Shown: piece by piece, positions 222,145 to 232,440 of the stretch
Layout: each line of letters opens with the position of its first letter
Position numbering within the stretch: the first letter of the stretch is position 1
Origin: Hyalangium minutum
GTDB lineage: Bacteria > Myxococcota > Myxococcia > Myxococcales > Myxococcaceae
Assembly: GCF_000737315.1 (NCBI RefSeq)
Contig: NZ_JMCB01000013.1
Coordinates: 20,001 to 268,000 of the forward strand
DNA: 248,000 nucleotides
Direction of reading: 5' to 3'
Notes under the pieces: generated by a model
The model's input: the letters and a program-made list of their open reading frames with translations, nothing else
The model's database searches: none
Told to the model about the DNA's origin: nothing
Translations under genes and position numbers: made by a program

Positions 222145-223727
222145 GAGCGCCTCCGCCGCCGCAGGCCGCCCCGCTTGCCCTTCTTCTTCGCCTCAGAAAT
222201 CTCCATGGGCGGGGAGACCTCCTTGTCCTTCTTGTCCGTGCCTCCGTTACGCACGCGCGCGTGGCCGGTGAGGATGTTCTCCGCGCTCTGGAAGGTGTCC
222301 GCCATGCGGATGCCCTCATCGGTGATGGAGAACTCGCGGATGCCGCTGTCGTACTGGCTCTCGCGCATCTTCATGATGGAGATGAGCCGGTACAGCTGCG
222401 AGCGCAGCTCCACGTAGCGCAGCAGGATGATGTTCTCCACGTAGGCGGCGGACTCGGCCAGCGGGGTCTCCACTCCGGGGCTGAGCAGGGGCGTCTCCTC
222501 GGAATAGAGCGTGGTGGCGTCCAGCATCCGCAGTTGGTGCGAGAGCGCGGAGAAGAAGCGCCCCATGCGATCCGGGTACACGGCGGCGGAGCGGAAGCCG
222601 GACACGCCGTCGATGAAGAGGCGGATCCGCTTCACGTTGCGCTCGTGGAGGCGCTCCAGGAGCCGCTCGGCCAGCGAATCCATGTTGTGCTCCAGCGGGG
222701 GCTGCCACTGGATCTCGATGAGGCCCTTGTCCACGTACTTCTTGAGGTCCTTCATGCCCACGCCCGCAGCCTTCTCCATCAGGCGCGGAGGCGTCTCGTA
222801 GAAGCCGAAGTAGACACCGGGCTGGCCCTCGCGGGCGCCCTGGAGCAGGAAGTGGAGCCCCAGCAGCGTCTTGCCCGTGCCGGGCGCGCCCAGGAGCATG
222901 GTGGTGGAGCCGGACAGCACGCCGCCCCGGAGCGACTCGTCCAGGCGGGGGATGCCGAAGGACATGCGGATGCGGTCCCCGGGGCTGTCCTCCTGGGGGT
223001 TGGCGAACTGCACCTCGGTGCGGGGGTGGATGACTATCCCCCGCTCGGAGATCTCCACCTCGTGCCGGCCGAGCAGCGAGTCGCTGCCGCGGAACTTCAG
223101 CGCGACAAGCTCCCGCACCGCGCGCGGTCCGGAGAGCCAGAGCGACAGCTCGAAGACACCGTCCACCGCGGTGTTCTCCGGGTGGGTGTCGCCCTCCTGG
223201 TGCGGAGAGAGCAGCAGGGTGGTGCAGCCGAGGATGCTCGTGAAGGCCTGCAGGTCCTGGAGGAAGCGCTTGAAGGACAGATCCGAGCGGGCGAACTCCT
223301 TGGCCGCGTCCATGCCGTCGATGATGAGCAGGGACACCTGGTTTTGCTGGGCCGTGCGTCGCACCATGTCCAGCAGGGCCTTGAGGCCGTCCTTCTCCAG
223401 CTCGGGGTAGCCGCTGACGTAGTGGAGCTTTTCGGGGATGACGCTCCGGTCGAAGAAGGTCATCTCCTCGATGTTGGCCAGCATGCGGGCGTGAGACTCC
223501 GTCAGGAGCGTCACGTAGAGGGCACGGCCGCCCTCCTTCACATGGTTGAAGGCGATCTGGTTGGCCAGCACCGTCTTGCCTGAGCCGGGAGGCCCCAAAA
223601 TGGCGTACGAGGAGCCTCTCAGCAGGCCGCCTTTGGTGATGAAGTCCAGCCGGGGCACTCGGGTGATGAGCCGCTTGTGCTCGGCCTTGCGGTCCTGCTC
223701 ACCGTGCCCCTTCTCTTGAGACGACAC
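222141..223727 (-). CDS. KaiC/RAD55-like double-domain ATPase
   Basis: GPPGSGKT and GAPGTGKT; KFRG and KMRES motifs. Confidence 0.88.
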   Translation of the reverse strand: MSSQEKGHGEQDRKAEHKRLITRVPRLDFITKGGLLRGSSYAILGPPGSGKTVLANQIAFNHVKEGGRALYVTLLTESHARMLANIEEMTFFDRSVIPEKLHYVSGYPELEKDGLKALLDMVRRTAQQNQVSLLIIDGMDAAKEFARSDLSFKRFLQDLQAFTSILGCTTLLLSPHQEGDTHPENTAVDGVFELSLWLSGPRAVRELVALKFRGSDSLLGRHEVEISERGIVIHPRTEVQFANPQEDSPGDRIRMSFGIPRLDESLRGGVLSGSTTMLLGAPGTGKTLLGLHFLLQGAREGQPGVYFGFYETPPRLMEKAAGVGMKDLKKYVDKGLIEIQWQPPLEHNMDSLAERLLERLHERNVKRIRLFIDGVSGFRSAAVYPDRMGRFFSALSHQLRMLDATTLYSEETPLLSPGVETPLAESAAYVENIILLRYVELRSQLYRLISIMKMRESQYDSGIREFSITDEGIRMADTFQSAENILTGHARVRNGGTDKKDKEVSPPMEISEAKKKGKRGGLRRRRRS

Positions 223728-223748
223728 ACTCCCTCCTTCTGAAGCGCC

Positions 223749-224879
223749 TCAGTAGCGTTCGGTCCGGCGCAGGGGCAGCAGCACCTGGAAGGTGGCGCCC
223801 TGGCCGGGCTCGCTGGTGACCGAGATGGTCCCCCCGTGAGCCGTGACGATTTCCTTGGCGATGTAAAGGCCGAGCCCCAGGCTCTCGGACTGACGGGCCG
223901 TGGTAGCCCGCTCGAAGCGGTCGAAGATACGGGCCTGATCCTGAGGAGCGATCCCGATGCCATGATCCCTGACGAGGATGACGGCCCATTCCGGGCGCTC
224001 CTCCACGTGGATCTGCACGGGCCGGCCGCCGCCGTATTTGATGGCATTGGTGACCAGGTTGGTCAGCACCTGCTCCAGGCGAAGCCGATCTCCGAAGAGG
224101 ATGATGGGCTCGTGGTGCAGCTCGAACTGGAGTTCCACGCCCACGGCGCGGGCTTGGGCTTCGAGCCGCAGGGCCAGATCTCCGGTCAGCTCCACCAAGT
224201 CCAACGCGCTGATGTCCAGCCGGAGCTTGTGGCTGGTGACGCGGGACACGTCCAGCAGCGTGTCCAGCAGCTGTTGCAGCCGATCGATCTGGCGGAGGGC
224301 GGGGGTGAGGCTCTTCTCGACGGTGGTCTTGGGGATGGTTTCGGTGGCGCCGCGGGTGGTCAGGTAGAGCGTGCGCTCCAGGTGGAGGCGCAGGGCGGTG
224401 AGCGGGGTCTTCAGCTCGTGGGCGGCGACGGAGAGAAACTCGTCTCGCTCGCGGATGGCGCCCTGGGCGCGGCTCTGGAGGCGCAGGAGCGCCTCGATGT
224501 TGGCCAGGAGCTCCTCCTCTTCCATGGGAGTGGTCCAGTAGGCGTCCGCACCGTGAGCCAGGCCCCGGATGCGGTCCTCACGCTGGACGGAGACGGCGGA
224601 GAGGTGGGCAATGAGGAGATCTTGGGTCTCCTCATGGTTGCGAAGGCGCCGGCAGACCTCGTAGCCATCGATGTCGGGCAGGTGAACGTCCAGGAGGACG
224701 AGGTCCGGCCTGCCCTCGGCGATGGACAGGGCCTGCTTGCCGTTCTTGGCCTCGAGGACCTGGTAGCCGGCCATGCGCAGCATGTGGCTGACCATGTAGA
224801 GGGTCGCAGGGTGATCGTTGACGTTGAGGATGGTCGCCTTGGGAGGCGGCCGCTCACCCATGTTTCCTGGCGCGTTCAC
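223749..224879 (-). CDS. Receiver-histidine kinase hybrid
   Basis: REC (LDVHLP), HELKTPL, DHGIG, GLGLGL. Confidence 0.9.
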   Translation of the reverse strand: MNAPGNMGERPPPKATILNVNDHPATLYMVSHMLRMAGYQVLEAKNGKQALSIAEGRPDLVLLDVHLPDIDGYEVCRRLRNHEETQDLLIAHLSAVSVQREDRIRGLAHGADAYWTTPMEEEELLANIEALLRLQSRAQGAIRERDEFLSVAAHELKTPLTALRLHLERTLYLTTRGATETIPKTTVEKSLTPALRQIDRLQQLLDTLLDVSRVTSHKLRLDISALDLVELTGDLALRLEAQARAVGVELQFELHHEPIILFGDRLRLEQVLTNLVTNAIKYGGGRPVQIHVEERPEWAVILVRDHGIGIAPQDQARIFDRFERATTARQSESLGLGLYIAKEIVTAHGGTISVTSEPGQGATFQVLLPLRRTERY

Positions 224880-225050
224880 AAAGTCTTTCCGCGAGGGAGA
224901 CTGTGTACCGTCGTTCAGAAGCGGAATCCCACCAGGAAGTTTTTACGTCCGAATCCCTTCAAGCCTCCCCCCCGGTGTTGCTTGGTAGGCAGTCATGCGA
225001 TGAGGTGTGAGATAGGCAACGTCTGAAGAGAGAGCCGCTCGTCACGCCCC

Positions 225051-225872
225051 TCAAGAAATGGCAGCGCGGGAGCGGAGCTTCTGGAACTGCTCCGGGGGCA
225101 TGGAGGCCGTGCCCAGATGCCGCCCCGGCGCCACCTTCTCTCCGTGGAAGTCGCTGCCCGCCGTGGGCACCAGCTCGAACTCCTTCGCCAGTGCCATGTA
225201 CTTCTCCCGCACGCTCGGGTTGTGGTCCGAGTGGTACACCTCCAGCCCCGAGAGCCCGGCCTTCGCCAGTTGCGCGATCTCCATCCGGTTCATCTTCGAG
225301 GTGCCCGGGTGCGCCAGCGTCGCGGTGCCGCCCGCGTTCCGGATCAGCTGGATGGCGTCCACCCCGTCCAGCCGGTAGCGGTCCACCCACGCAGGGCGTC
225401 CGTCTCCCAGGAAGCGGTCGAACGCCTCCTTTGTATCTACGCACCAGCCTTTCTCCACCAGCACCCGCGCCAGGTGCGGCCGGCCCAGGTGGGCCTTGTC
225501 CGCGATGGCGTACACGTCCTGCATCCGCACCGGGAAGCCGAGCTTGCGCATCTTCTCCACCATCTGCTCCATGCGCTGCTCGCGCTCGATGCGCAGCTTG
225601 TCGGCGAACTGGGAGATGTCCGGGTCCTCCGGCCGCAGGAAGTGCCCCAGAATGTGGGCCTCCCGCCCCAGCACGAACGCGGACAGCTCGATGCCGGGTA
225701 CCAGCTCCAGGCCCCGGGCCTTCGCCGCCGCCATCGCCGCCGCCAGCCCTGCCACCGTGTCGTGGTCTGTCACCGCCAGCACCGTCACCCCCGCTGCAGC
225801 CGCCATGCTCAGCAGCTCGTCGGGGGAGTGCTGTCCATCGCTTGCAGTGGTGTGGGAGTGCAGATCAATCAC
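225051..225872 (-). CDS. PHP domain protein
   Basis: DLHSHT..SDG, TDHD, AHP, GSDFH. Confidence 0.9.
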   Translation of the reverse strand: MIDLHSHTTASDGQHSPDELLSMAAAAGVTVLAVTDHDTVAGLAAAMAAAKARGLELVPGIELSAFVLGREAHILGHFLRPEDPDISQFADKLRIEREQRMEQMVEKMRKLGFPVRMQDVYAIADKAHLGRPHLARVLVEKGWCVDTKEAFDRFLGDGRPAWVDRYRLDGVDAIQLIRNAGGTATLAHPGTSKMNRMEIAQLAKAGLSGLEVYHSDHNPSVREKYMALAKEFELVPTAGSDFHGEKVAPGRHLGTASMPPEQFQKLRSRAAIS

Positions 225873-226033
225873 GGCGTGCTCCAGGGTTCAGGGAGAAGGG
225901 GAGGGGCTCCTGTCTCTCTATCTACCTGAAGCCCGGTCCGGCGGCATGCCTGGGGGCGGACTGGCCATGACTGAACGCCTGCCCCCGAGTCCCTCACCGT
226001 GCCGGGCCGCCTGCGCGTAGAGTCCTCGACACC

Positions 226034-226300
226034 ATGGCCAAGACGGACGACACCATCGAGAACCGGGTCTATCTCTTCGAGTCGCTCGCGAGCAGCTACG
226101 TGGCGGCCGCCTCCGAGCTGCTGGGCTCCGACGACGCCTCCGTGCGCGAGCGGGCCCGGCGCGCCCTGGCGGAGCTGGCCTACGTCTCCTGCGTGGTGGC
226201 CGACACCCAGCACCTGTCCCCCGAGCAGGTTCGCGACCGCATCCTGGGCGCTCCCGAGCCGGAACCGGCCCCCAAGTCCAAGGCCGGGGGCCGCCGGTAG
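226034..226300 (+). CDS. Small hypothetical protein
   Basis: 88-aa ORF, GC3 bias. Confidence 0.55.
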   Translation: MAKTDDTIENRVYLFESLASSYVAAASELLGSDDASVRERARRALAELAYVSCVVADTQHLSPEQVRDRILGAPEPEPAPKSKAGGRR

Positions 226301-226347
226301 CGCGGATCGCTCCCCACAGCGCGCCGCGGATGGTATAGCCGCGCGCC

Positions 226348-227568
226348 ATGGCCAAGACCTCGAACCCGAAGAAGTCCCTCCGCGCTGCCTACTCGGGGGC
226401 GCGCAAGGCGGATCCCCGTCCCATCACCGGCAAGGAGAAGCCGGCTGAGCTGCTCGCCCATGCCTTCAGCGCCTACGTGGGCCGTCAGGAGCGCACCGCG
226501 TTCGAGCTCATGTCCAAGTCGGTGGAACAGGACGCGTCCATCTTCCTCACGCTGTCGGGCGCCATGACGCCGGCGGGCCTGCACCAGAGCTGCCTCATCC
226601 CACTCATCGAGAAGGGCGTCATCTCCGCGCTGACCACCACGGGCGCCAACCTCTACCACGATGCCCACCGCATCATCGGCCACGCCATTCGCGAGGTGAA
226701 CCCGAACGCGGGCGACCTTCAGTACCGGCTGGCGCGCATCATCCGCATCTACGACTTGGGCTTCTGGGAGGAGGCGCTGCTGGACACGGACCGGCTTTTC
226801 TCCGCCATCATCCGCGGCCCCGAGTTCCAGCGGAAGATGACCACCCCCGAGTTCCACTACTTGCTGGGCAAGGCCGTCTACCAGATCGAGAAGAAGCTGG
226901 GCGTGAAGCAGCCCTCGCTGCTGTCCACCTGCTACAAGCACGCAGTGCCCATCTGGGTGGGCGCGGTGCAGGACGGCTCGATCTTCCTGAACGTCGTGAA
227001 GCTCAAGCGCCTGCTGGGCGCCGAGTTCAAGTTCGAGCTCGACATCAACGACGACGTCTACTCCATGGCGGCGATGCAGCACTTCTGCCGCCACAACGGC
227101 TCCAAGCGGCTGGCGATCTGGATCCTCGGGGGTGGCGTGCCCAAGAACTACACGCTGCAGGGCGAGCCGCTGCTGGACCAGATCCTCAACGTGCCCACCA
227201 CGGGCTTCGACATCGACGTGCAGTTCTGCGTGGACCCGGTGGACAACGGGGCGCTGTCGAGCTGCCCGGCCGGTGAGGGCCACACCTGGGGCAAGGTCTC
227301 CGTGGAGGCCGTGGAGACGGGCTCGGTGTACGTGCACTGTGACGTGACGGCCGTGTTCCCCTGGCTCACGCACGCGCTGCTGTCCGAGCCGAAGAACAAG
227401 CGCAAGCCCATGCGGCTGATGGACAAGATGGGCGAGGCCATCTCCTTCCTGGACAAGGACGTGCGCAAGCGCAGCAAGGAGTTGATGAAGACGCTGGACT
227501 GGAGCATCCAGGACGCGGAGCCCTCGAAGGAAGAGGACGCCGAGAAGCACGAGGCTTACGTCCGCTAA
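226348..227568 (+). CDS. Deoxyhypusine synthase-like protein
   Basis: SGAMTPAG, TTGANL.HD, GGGVPKN, GALS..E..WGK. Confidence 0.88.
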   Translation: MAKTSNPKKSLRAAYSGARKADPRPITGKEKPAELLAHAFSAYVGRQERTAFELMSKSVEQDASIFLTLSGAMTPAGLHQSCLIPLIEKGVISALTTTGANLYHDAHRIIGHAIREVNPNAGDLQYRLARIIRIYDLGFWEEALLDTDRLFSAIIRGPEFQRKMTTPEFHYLLGKAVYQIEKKLGVKQPSLLSTCYKHAVPIWVGAVQDGSIFLNVVKLKRLLGAEFKFELDINDDVYSMAAMQHFCRHNGSKRLAIWILGGGVPKNYTLQGEPLLDQILNVPTTGFDIDVQFCVDPVDNGALSSCPAGEGHTWGKVSVEAVETGSVYVHCDVTAVFPWLTHALLSEPKNKRKPMRLMDKMGEAISFLDKDVRKRSKELMKTLDWSIQDAEPSKEEDAEKHEAYVR

Positions 227569-227592
227569 CCCGTTGTGCACAGGAGCACTGAC

Positions 227593-228039
227593 ATGAGCCA
227601 GCCCTCGCAGCCCACCGGTGTGGTGATGACCGCCATCACCGCTCCGGCCTTCAAGACGCAGCTTGAGCACGGGCCCTCGGGCTCGCGCATGAACACGGAG
227701 GCCCCCAAGGACAACGGCGGGACGGGGGCCTCGTTCTCGCCCACGGACTTGGTGGGCGCGGCGCTCGCCTCGTGCGCGGTGACGACGATGGCGCTGACCG
227801 CCTCGCGCGAGGGCATTCCCTTTGGGGAAGCCCGGGCCACGGTGGAGAAGCGGATGACGCCTCCGCCGCGCCGCATTGGCGAGCTGGTGCTGCAGATCCA
227901 GATGCCCGCGGGCCTGTCCAAGGCGCACCGGGCCCGGCTGGAGGAGGCTGCCCACGGCTGCCCCGTGGCACGAAGCCTCCACCCGGACCTGAAGCTGCCC
228001 GTCACCTTCACCTACCCGGACGAGCCCCGCGAGGGCTGA
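227593..228039 (+). CDS. OsmC family protein
   Basis: FSPTDL..ALASC, CPVARSL. Confidence 0.88.
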   Translation: MSQPSQPTGVVMTAITAPAFKTQLEHGPSGSRMNTEAPKDNGGTGASFSPTDLVGAALASCAVTTMALTASREGIPFGEARATVEKRMTPPPRRIGELVLQIQMPAGLSKAHRARLEEAAHGCPVARSLHPDLKLPVTFTYPDEPREG

Positions 228040-228166
228040 CGCTTGGGTGCCTGCTGACGCGCGTCTGAGCTTCCCTGCCTGGTGTCCAGGCACTGGGGCG
228101 CTGACGCCTGCAAGCCCCGGCGGGAATGCCAACCCTGGCAGGAGTCATCCGCCAGGGAGGCAGACC

Positions 228167-228703
228167 GTGGACGTCAAGCTGCTGGGCATCTACCTGAACG
228201 ATCATCTCGCCGGCTCGCACACGGGGCTCGAGCTCGCGCGCCGTGCGCACCGGGAGAACCGGGACAACGCAGTGGGGCGCTACCTCATCACGTTCATCAA
228301 GGAGCTGGAGGATGAGCGCACGGTGCTGCAGCAGATCATGCGTGCGCTGGGCGTGACCCGGAACGAGTTCAAGCACCTCGCGGGGTGGGTCATGGAGAAG
228401 GTGGCGCGGCTGAAGACCCACACCCATCTGGTGCACCGCACGCCCCTGACCCGGATGGTGGAGCTGGAGGCGCTGTCCATCGCGGTGATCGGCAAGCGCT
228501 CCATGTGGACCCTGCTGCAGCGGCACGCGCGAGTCGAGCGGCGGCTGGCGGGCTTTGACTTCGAGACGCTCATCGCCCAGGCGGAGTCGCAGCACGTGTC
228601 GCTGGACCGGCTGCGCCTGCAGGCCGCGGAGACAGCCTTCATGCAAGCGCCACTGCCCTCTGGCGTGGCCTCGCCCCTGGAGCACCCCGAACACGTGGGG
228701 TGA
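228167..228703 (+). CDS. Hypothetical ferritin-like protein
   Basis: YLNDHLAGS..ELE.L...GK..W. Confidence 0.65.
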   Translation: MDVKLLGIYLNDHLAGSHTGLELARRAHRENRDNAVGRYLITFIKELEDERTVLQQIMRALGVTRNEFKHLAGWVMEKVARLKTHTHLVHRTPLTRMVELEALSIAVIGKRSMWTLLQRHARVERRLAGFDFETLIAQAESQHVSLDRLRLQAAETAFMQAPLPSGVASPLEHPEHVG

Positions 228704-228847
228704 AGCTGGCCCCGAGTCCACCCTGGATGTGGGCCTCCGGACAGGGGCAGGACAGGAGCGTGGAGTCCGCGACAGGCCTCCGGAATTTGCTTATCCGCCC
228801 GGCGGAGAGCTTCTGTACGTGGGAGCCCATCCTTCCACGGGCGGTGT

Positions 228848-229495
228848 ATGGGGCTCTTTCCTCCAGGCACAGACGACGTGATCCGCGGGGTGCTCGGCCT
228901 GATGGCGGGGCTTCCCGTGGTGGGCACCGTGGGGCTGATGCTCATGGCCCGGAGCCCCCTGGGCACCTCAGCCTTCGAGCCGGTGCAACAACCCGTGCAG
229001 TTCGACCACCGCCACCATGTCGGGGATGAGGGCATCGGCTGCCGCTACTGCCATGAGGGCGCCTGGGAGGGGCCCTTCGCGGGTGTTCCGCCCACCAGCC
229101 GGTGCATGGGCTGCCACGCGCAGATCTGGAACGAGAGCTCGCTGCTAGCACCCGTGCGCGAGAGCTACTTCCAGGACCGGCCCATTCCCTGGAACCGCGT
229201 CCACCGGCTGCCGCACTTCACGTTCTTCAACCACTCCATCCATGTCCATAAGGGCGTGGGGTGCGTGAGCTGCCACGGCCGCGTGGATCAGATGCCGCTC
229301 GTGCAGCAGGTGGTCCCTCTCACCATGGGCTGGTGCCTGGAGTGCCATCGCGATCCGGCGCCCCACCTGCGCCCACTGGAGCACATCGCCGACATGACAT
229401 GGCGGCCCGCGGGTGATGCCCGCGAGGTGGGCCGCCGGGTGATGCAAGCGCTGCAGGTCTCCCCTCGCACCGAGTGCACCACATGCCATCGCTGA
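228848..229495 (+). CDS. actA: Alternative complex III multiheme cytochrome c (ActA)
   Basis: Five CxxCH motifs; QPVQFDH.HH. Confidence 0.85.
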   Translation: MGLFPPGTDDVIRGVLGLMAGLPVVGTVGLMLMARSPLGTSAFEPVQQPVQFDHRHHVGDEGIGCRYCHEGAWEGPFAGVPPTSRCMGCHAQIWNESSLLAPVRESYFQDRPIPWNRVHRLPHFTFFNHSIHVHKGVGCVSCHGRVDQMPLVQQVVPLTMGWCLECHRDPAPHLRPLEHIADMTWRPAGDAREVGRRVMQALQVSPRTECTTCHR

Positions 229496-232440
229496 AGGAG
229501 CGCTACCCCCTGCCAGTGCTAGCCGAGGCGCCCGACGCGTGGCGCAGCCTCGAGGAGCGCCGTGCCACGCTGGCCGCGCCCGAGGGCGAGTTCCCCCTGG
229601 GAGCCTCCGAGCCGCCTCAGGGGATCTCCCGCCGGGCGGTGCTGGAGCTGGCCGCCTTCGGGGCCGCCGCGGCGGGGCTGTCCGGCTGTTTCCGGCAGCC
229701 TCCCGAGAAGGTGATGCCCTATTCGAAGCAGCCGCCCGAGGTGACGCCCGGAGTGCCGCTGCACTACGCCACGGGGCTCACGCTGGAGGGCTACGTGCGC
229801 GGCCTCGTGGTGCGCAGCCACGAGGGCCGGCCCACCAAGGTGGAGGGCAACCCTGAGCAACCCGAGAGCCTCGGTGCGGCGGGTGCGCATGAACAGGCAT
229901 CGTTGCTCGGGCTGTACGATCCACACCGCGCGCGCGTGGTGCGCCACCAGGGGGAGCCTGTCTCTCGCGCTGCGCTCTTCTCGTGGCTGATCGAGCGCGC
230001 CCAGCGGAACGACGGGGGCGCCGGACTTCGGCTGCTGGTAGAGCCCAGTGCCTCTCCGCTGTGGGCGGACACCTATGCGCGGCTGCTCGAGCGCTACCCT
230101 CGCGCGAAGGTGGTGCCCTTCAGCGGCATCGAGCCAGTGCAGGCGCGCGAGGGGGCCCGGCTCGCCTTCGGTCGGCCGCTCCAGGTGCTGCCTCGCTTCT
230201 CGGAGGCACGCACGGTGGTGTCGCTGGACGACGACTTCCTGTCCACGTTGCCAGGGAGCCCGCGCACAGCGCGTGAGTTCGTCTCCGCTCGCGCCCGGCC
230301 GGAGAGCAATCGGCTGTGGGTGGTGGAGAGCCACTTGAGCGTCACGGGCGCCTTCGCGGATCACCGGCTGAGAGCCCGGCCCTCCCGGCTGCCGCATTTG
230401 GCGCGCGCGCTGGCCGCCGAGGTGGGACGGGCGCTGGGGCACGCGGGGCTCGCGAGTCTCGCCGACGGCACCACGTCCCTGAGCGAGACGGAGCGGCGCT
230501 GGCTGACGGTGGCAGCCAAGGATCTCGTGGCGCAGCGAGGCGCGGCGCTGGTGGTGGCCGGAGCGCGGCAGCCCGCAGCGGTTCATGCGCTCGCACACTG
230601 GCTCAACGAGGCCCTCGGCCCGGGCGCGCTGGTGCGCTTCGTGGACGAGCTGCTCAGCCCTGTGCCAGACGCCTCGGCGCTGCCGGCCCTGGTGGAGGAG
230701 CTGCGCGCCGGGACCGTGGACACGCTGATCATCACCGCCTGGAACCCTGTCTACCGTGCGCCCGTGGATGTGCCTCTCGTCGAGGCGCTCGGGCGGGTGC
230801 CGTACACGGTGTACTGCGCGCTCGAGGAGGACGAGACGGCTGCGGCGTGTACTTGGTTCGTCCCCGCTACTCACCCTTATGAGACGTGGGGAGATGGGCG
230901 GGCTCCGGAGGGAACCGCGACGATCCTCCAGCCGCTCATCGCCCCGCTGCAGGAGGCCGCGGTGGCGCCGCTGGACCTGTTGGCGGCCTTCACCGGAACG
231001 CTGGAGATGCCGCCCTACGAGCGGCTTCGGACGTTGTGGCGGGAGCGGGCCGGGCGTCCAGTGAGGTTCCAGGAGGCATGGGAGGGCTGGCTGGCCACGG
231101 GGGTCGTGCCAGGCACCGAGCTGCCGGCGCTCCAGGCGCGGGTGGACGCGGAGGCGGTCCTCGCGGCAGCGCGGGCACTTCGTCCCGCAGGGGAGGGACT
231201 CGAGCTGCACTTCGTGCCGGATCTCAAGCTCTACGATGGGCGCTTCGGTGCCAACCCGTGGCTGCAGGAGCTGCCCGATCCCATGACCCAGCTCACGTGG
231301 GACAACGCCGCCCTGGTGAGCCCCGCGACGGCCGCCCGGCTGGGGCTGGAGAGGGGTTCTCGGGTTCGGTTGGAGCTCCGGGGCCGCGCGCTGGAGGTGG
231401 CGGTGTTGCCCGTGCCCGGTCAGGCCGATGACACGGTGACGCTCCCGCTCGGCTACGGGCGGACGCGGGGCAGCCCCGTGGCACAGGGCGTGGGCTTCAA
231501 CGCGTACACCCTGTGGCATCAGGACTCGCCGGGGTGGGCCACGGGAGCGCGGCTCTCCCTGCTGGAGGGCCACCACGCCTTCGCGCTGACGCAGGAGCAC
231601 TGGCGGATGGAGGAGCGGCCCCTGGCGCTCCAGACGACGCAGGCCCGGTTCAAGGCCCACACGGACATGCTGCAAGGGATGCAGGAGCCCACGGAGCACC
231701 TCTACCCGCCGCCGGGGCCTCCGGTCGAGCCGCCCCACCGCTGGGGGATGGCCATCGATCTGCACCGCTGCACCGGGTGCAGCGCGTGCGTGGTGGCCTG
231801 CCAGGCGGAGAACAACATCCCTGTGGTGGGCAAGCACGAGGTGCTGCGCGGCCGGGAGATGCACTGGCTGCGCATCGATCGCTACTTCCTGGGAGACGAG
231901 CACGAGCCGGGAGTCATCACCCAGCCGCTGATGTGCGTGCACTGCGAGTACGCCCCTTGCGAGTACGTGTGCCCCGTTAACGCCACCGTCCACTCGGACG
232001 AGGGCCTCAACCAGATGATCTACAACCGCTGCATCGGCACGCGGTACTGCTCGAACAACTGCCCGTACAAGGTCCGCCGCTTCAACTACCTGGACTATAC
232101 GGGCCACGACCCGCTGGCGCGGATGCACCGCAATCCCCAGGTGACGGTGCGCTCGCGCGGGGTGATGGAGAAGTGCACCTACTGCGTGCAGCGCATCGAG
232201 TCGGCGCGCATCACCGCGCGCGTGGAGCGCCGCACCATCCGTGAGGGCGAGGTCCGCACGGCCTGCCAGCAGGCGTGTCCCACGGAGGCCATCGTCTTCG
232301 GAGATCTCAACCGCCCGGAGTCCCGCGTCTCCCAGCTTCACGAGGATCCCCGCCACTACAAGCTGCTGCACGAGCTGGGGACCGCGCCGCGCACGGTCCA
232401 CCTGTTGCGGCTGAAGAACCCGCACGAGGAACTCGGATGA
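229483..232440 (+). CDS. actB: Alternative complex III ActB (molybdopterin-fold plus Fe-S)
   Basis: GRPTKVEGNP, CTGCSACVVAC, CIGTRYCSNNCPY. Confidence 0.88.
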   Translation: MPSLKERYPLPVLAEAPDAWRSLEERRATLAAPEGEFPLGASEPPQGISRRAVLELAAFGAAAAGLSGCFRQPPEKVMPYSKQPPEVTPGVPLHYATGLTLEGYVRGLVVRSHEGRPTKVEGNPEQPESLGAAGAHEQASLLGLYDPHRARVVRHQGEPVSRAALFSWLIERAQRNDGGAGLRLLVEPSASPLWADTYARLLERYPRAKVVPFSGIEPVQAREGARLAFGRPLQVLPRFSEARTVVSLDDDFLSTLPGSPRTAREFVSARARPESNRLWVVESHLSVTGAFADHRLRARPSRLPHLARALAAEVGRALGHAGLASLADGTTSLSETERRWLTVAAKDLVAQRGAALVVAGARQPAAVHALAHWLNEALGPGALVRFVDELLSPVPDASALPALVEELRAGTVDTLIITAWNPVYRAPVDVPLVEALGRVPYTVYCALEEDETAAACTWFVPATHPYETWGDGRAPEGTATILQPLIAPLQEAAVAPLDLLAAFTGTLEMPPYERLRTLWRERAGRPVRFQEAWEGWLATGVVPGTELPALQARVDAEAVLAAARALRPAGEGLELHFVPDLKLYDGRFGANPWLQELPDPMTQLTWDNAALVSPATAARLGLERGSRVRLELRGRALEVAVLPVPGQADDTVTLPLGYGRTRGSPVAQGVGFNAYTLWHQDSPGWATGARLSLLEGHHAFALTQEHWRMEERPLALQTTQARFKAHTDMLQGMQEPTEHLYPPPGPPVEPPHRWGMAIDLHRCTGCSACVVACQAENNIPVVGKHEVLRGREMHWLRIDRYFLGDEHEPGVITQPLMCVHCEYAPCEYVCPVNATVHSDEGLNQMIYNRCIGTRYCSNNCPYKVRRFNYLDYTGHDPLARMHRNPQVTVRSRGVMEKCTYCVQRIESARITARVERRTIREGEVRTACQQACPTEAIVFGDLNRPESRVSQLHEDPRHYKLLHELGTAPRTVHLLRLKNPHEELG

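Noticed and set aside
222141-223727. KaiC-like gene as a circadian clock
   Set aside because: No kaiA/kaiB and the ST phosphosites are absent; kept only as a signalling-hub finding.
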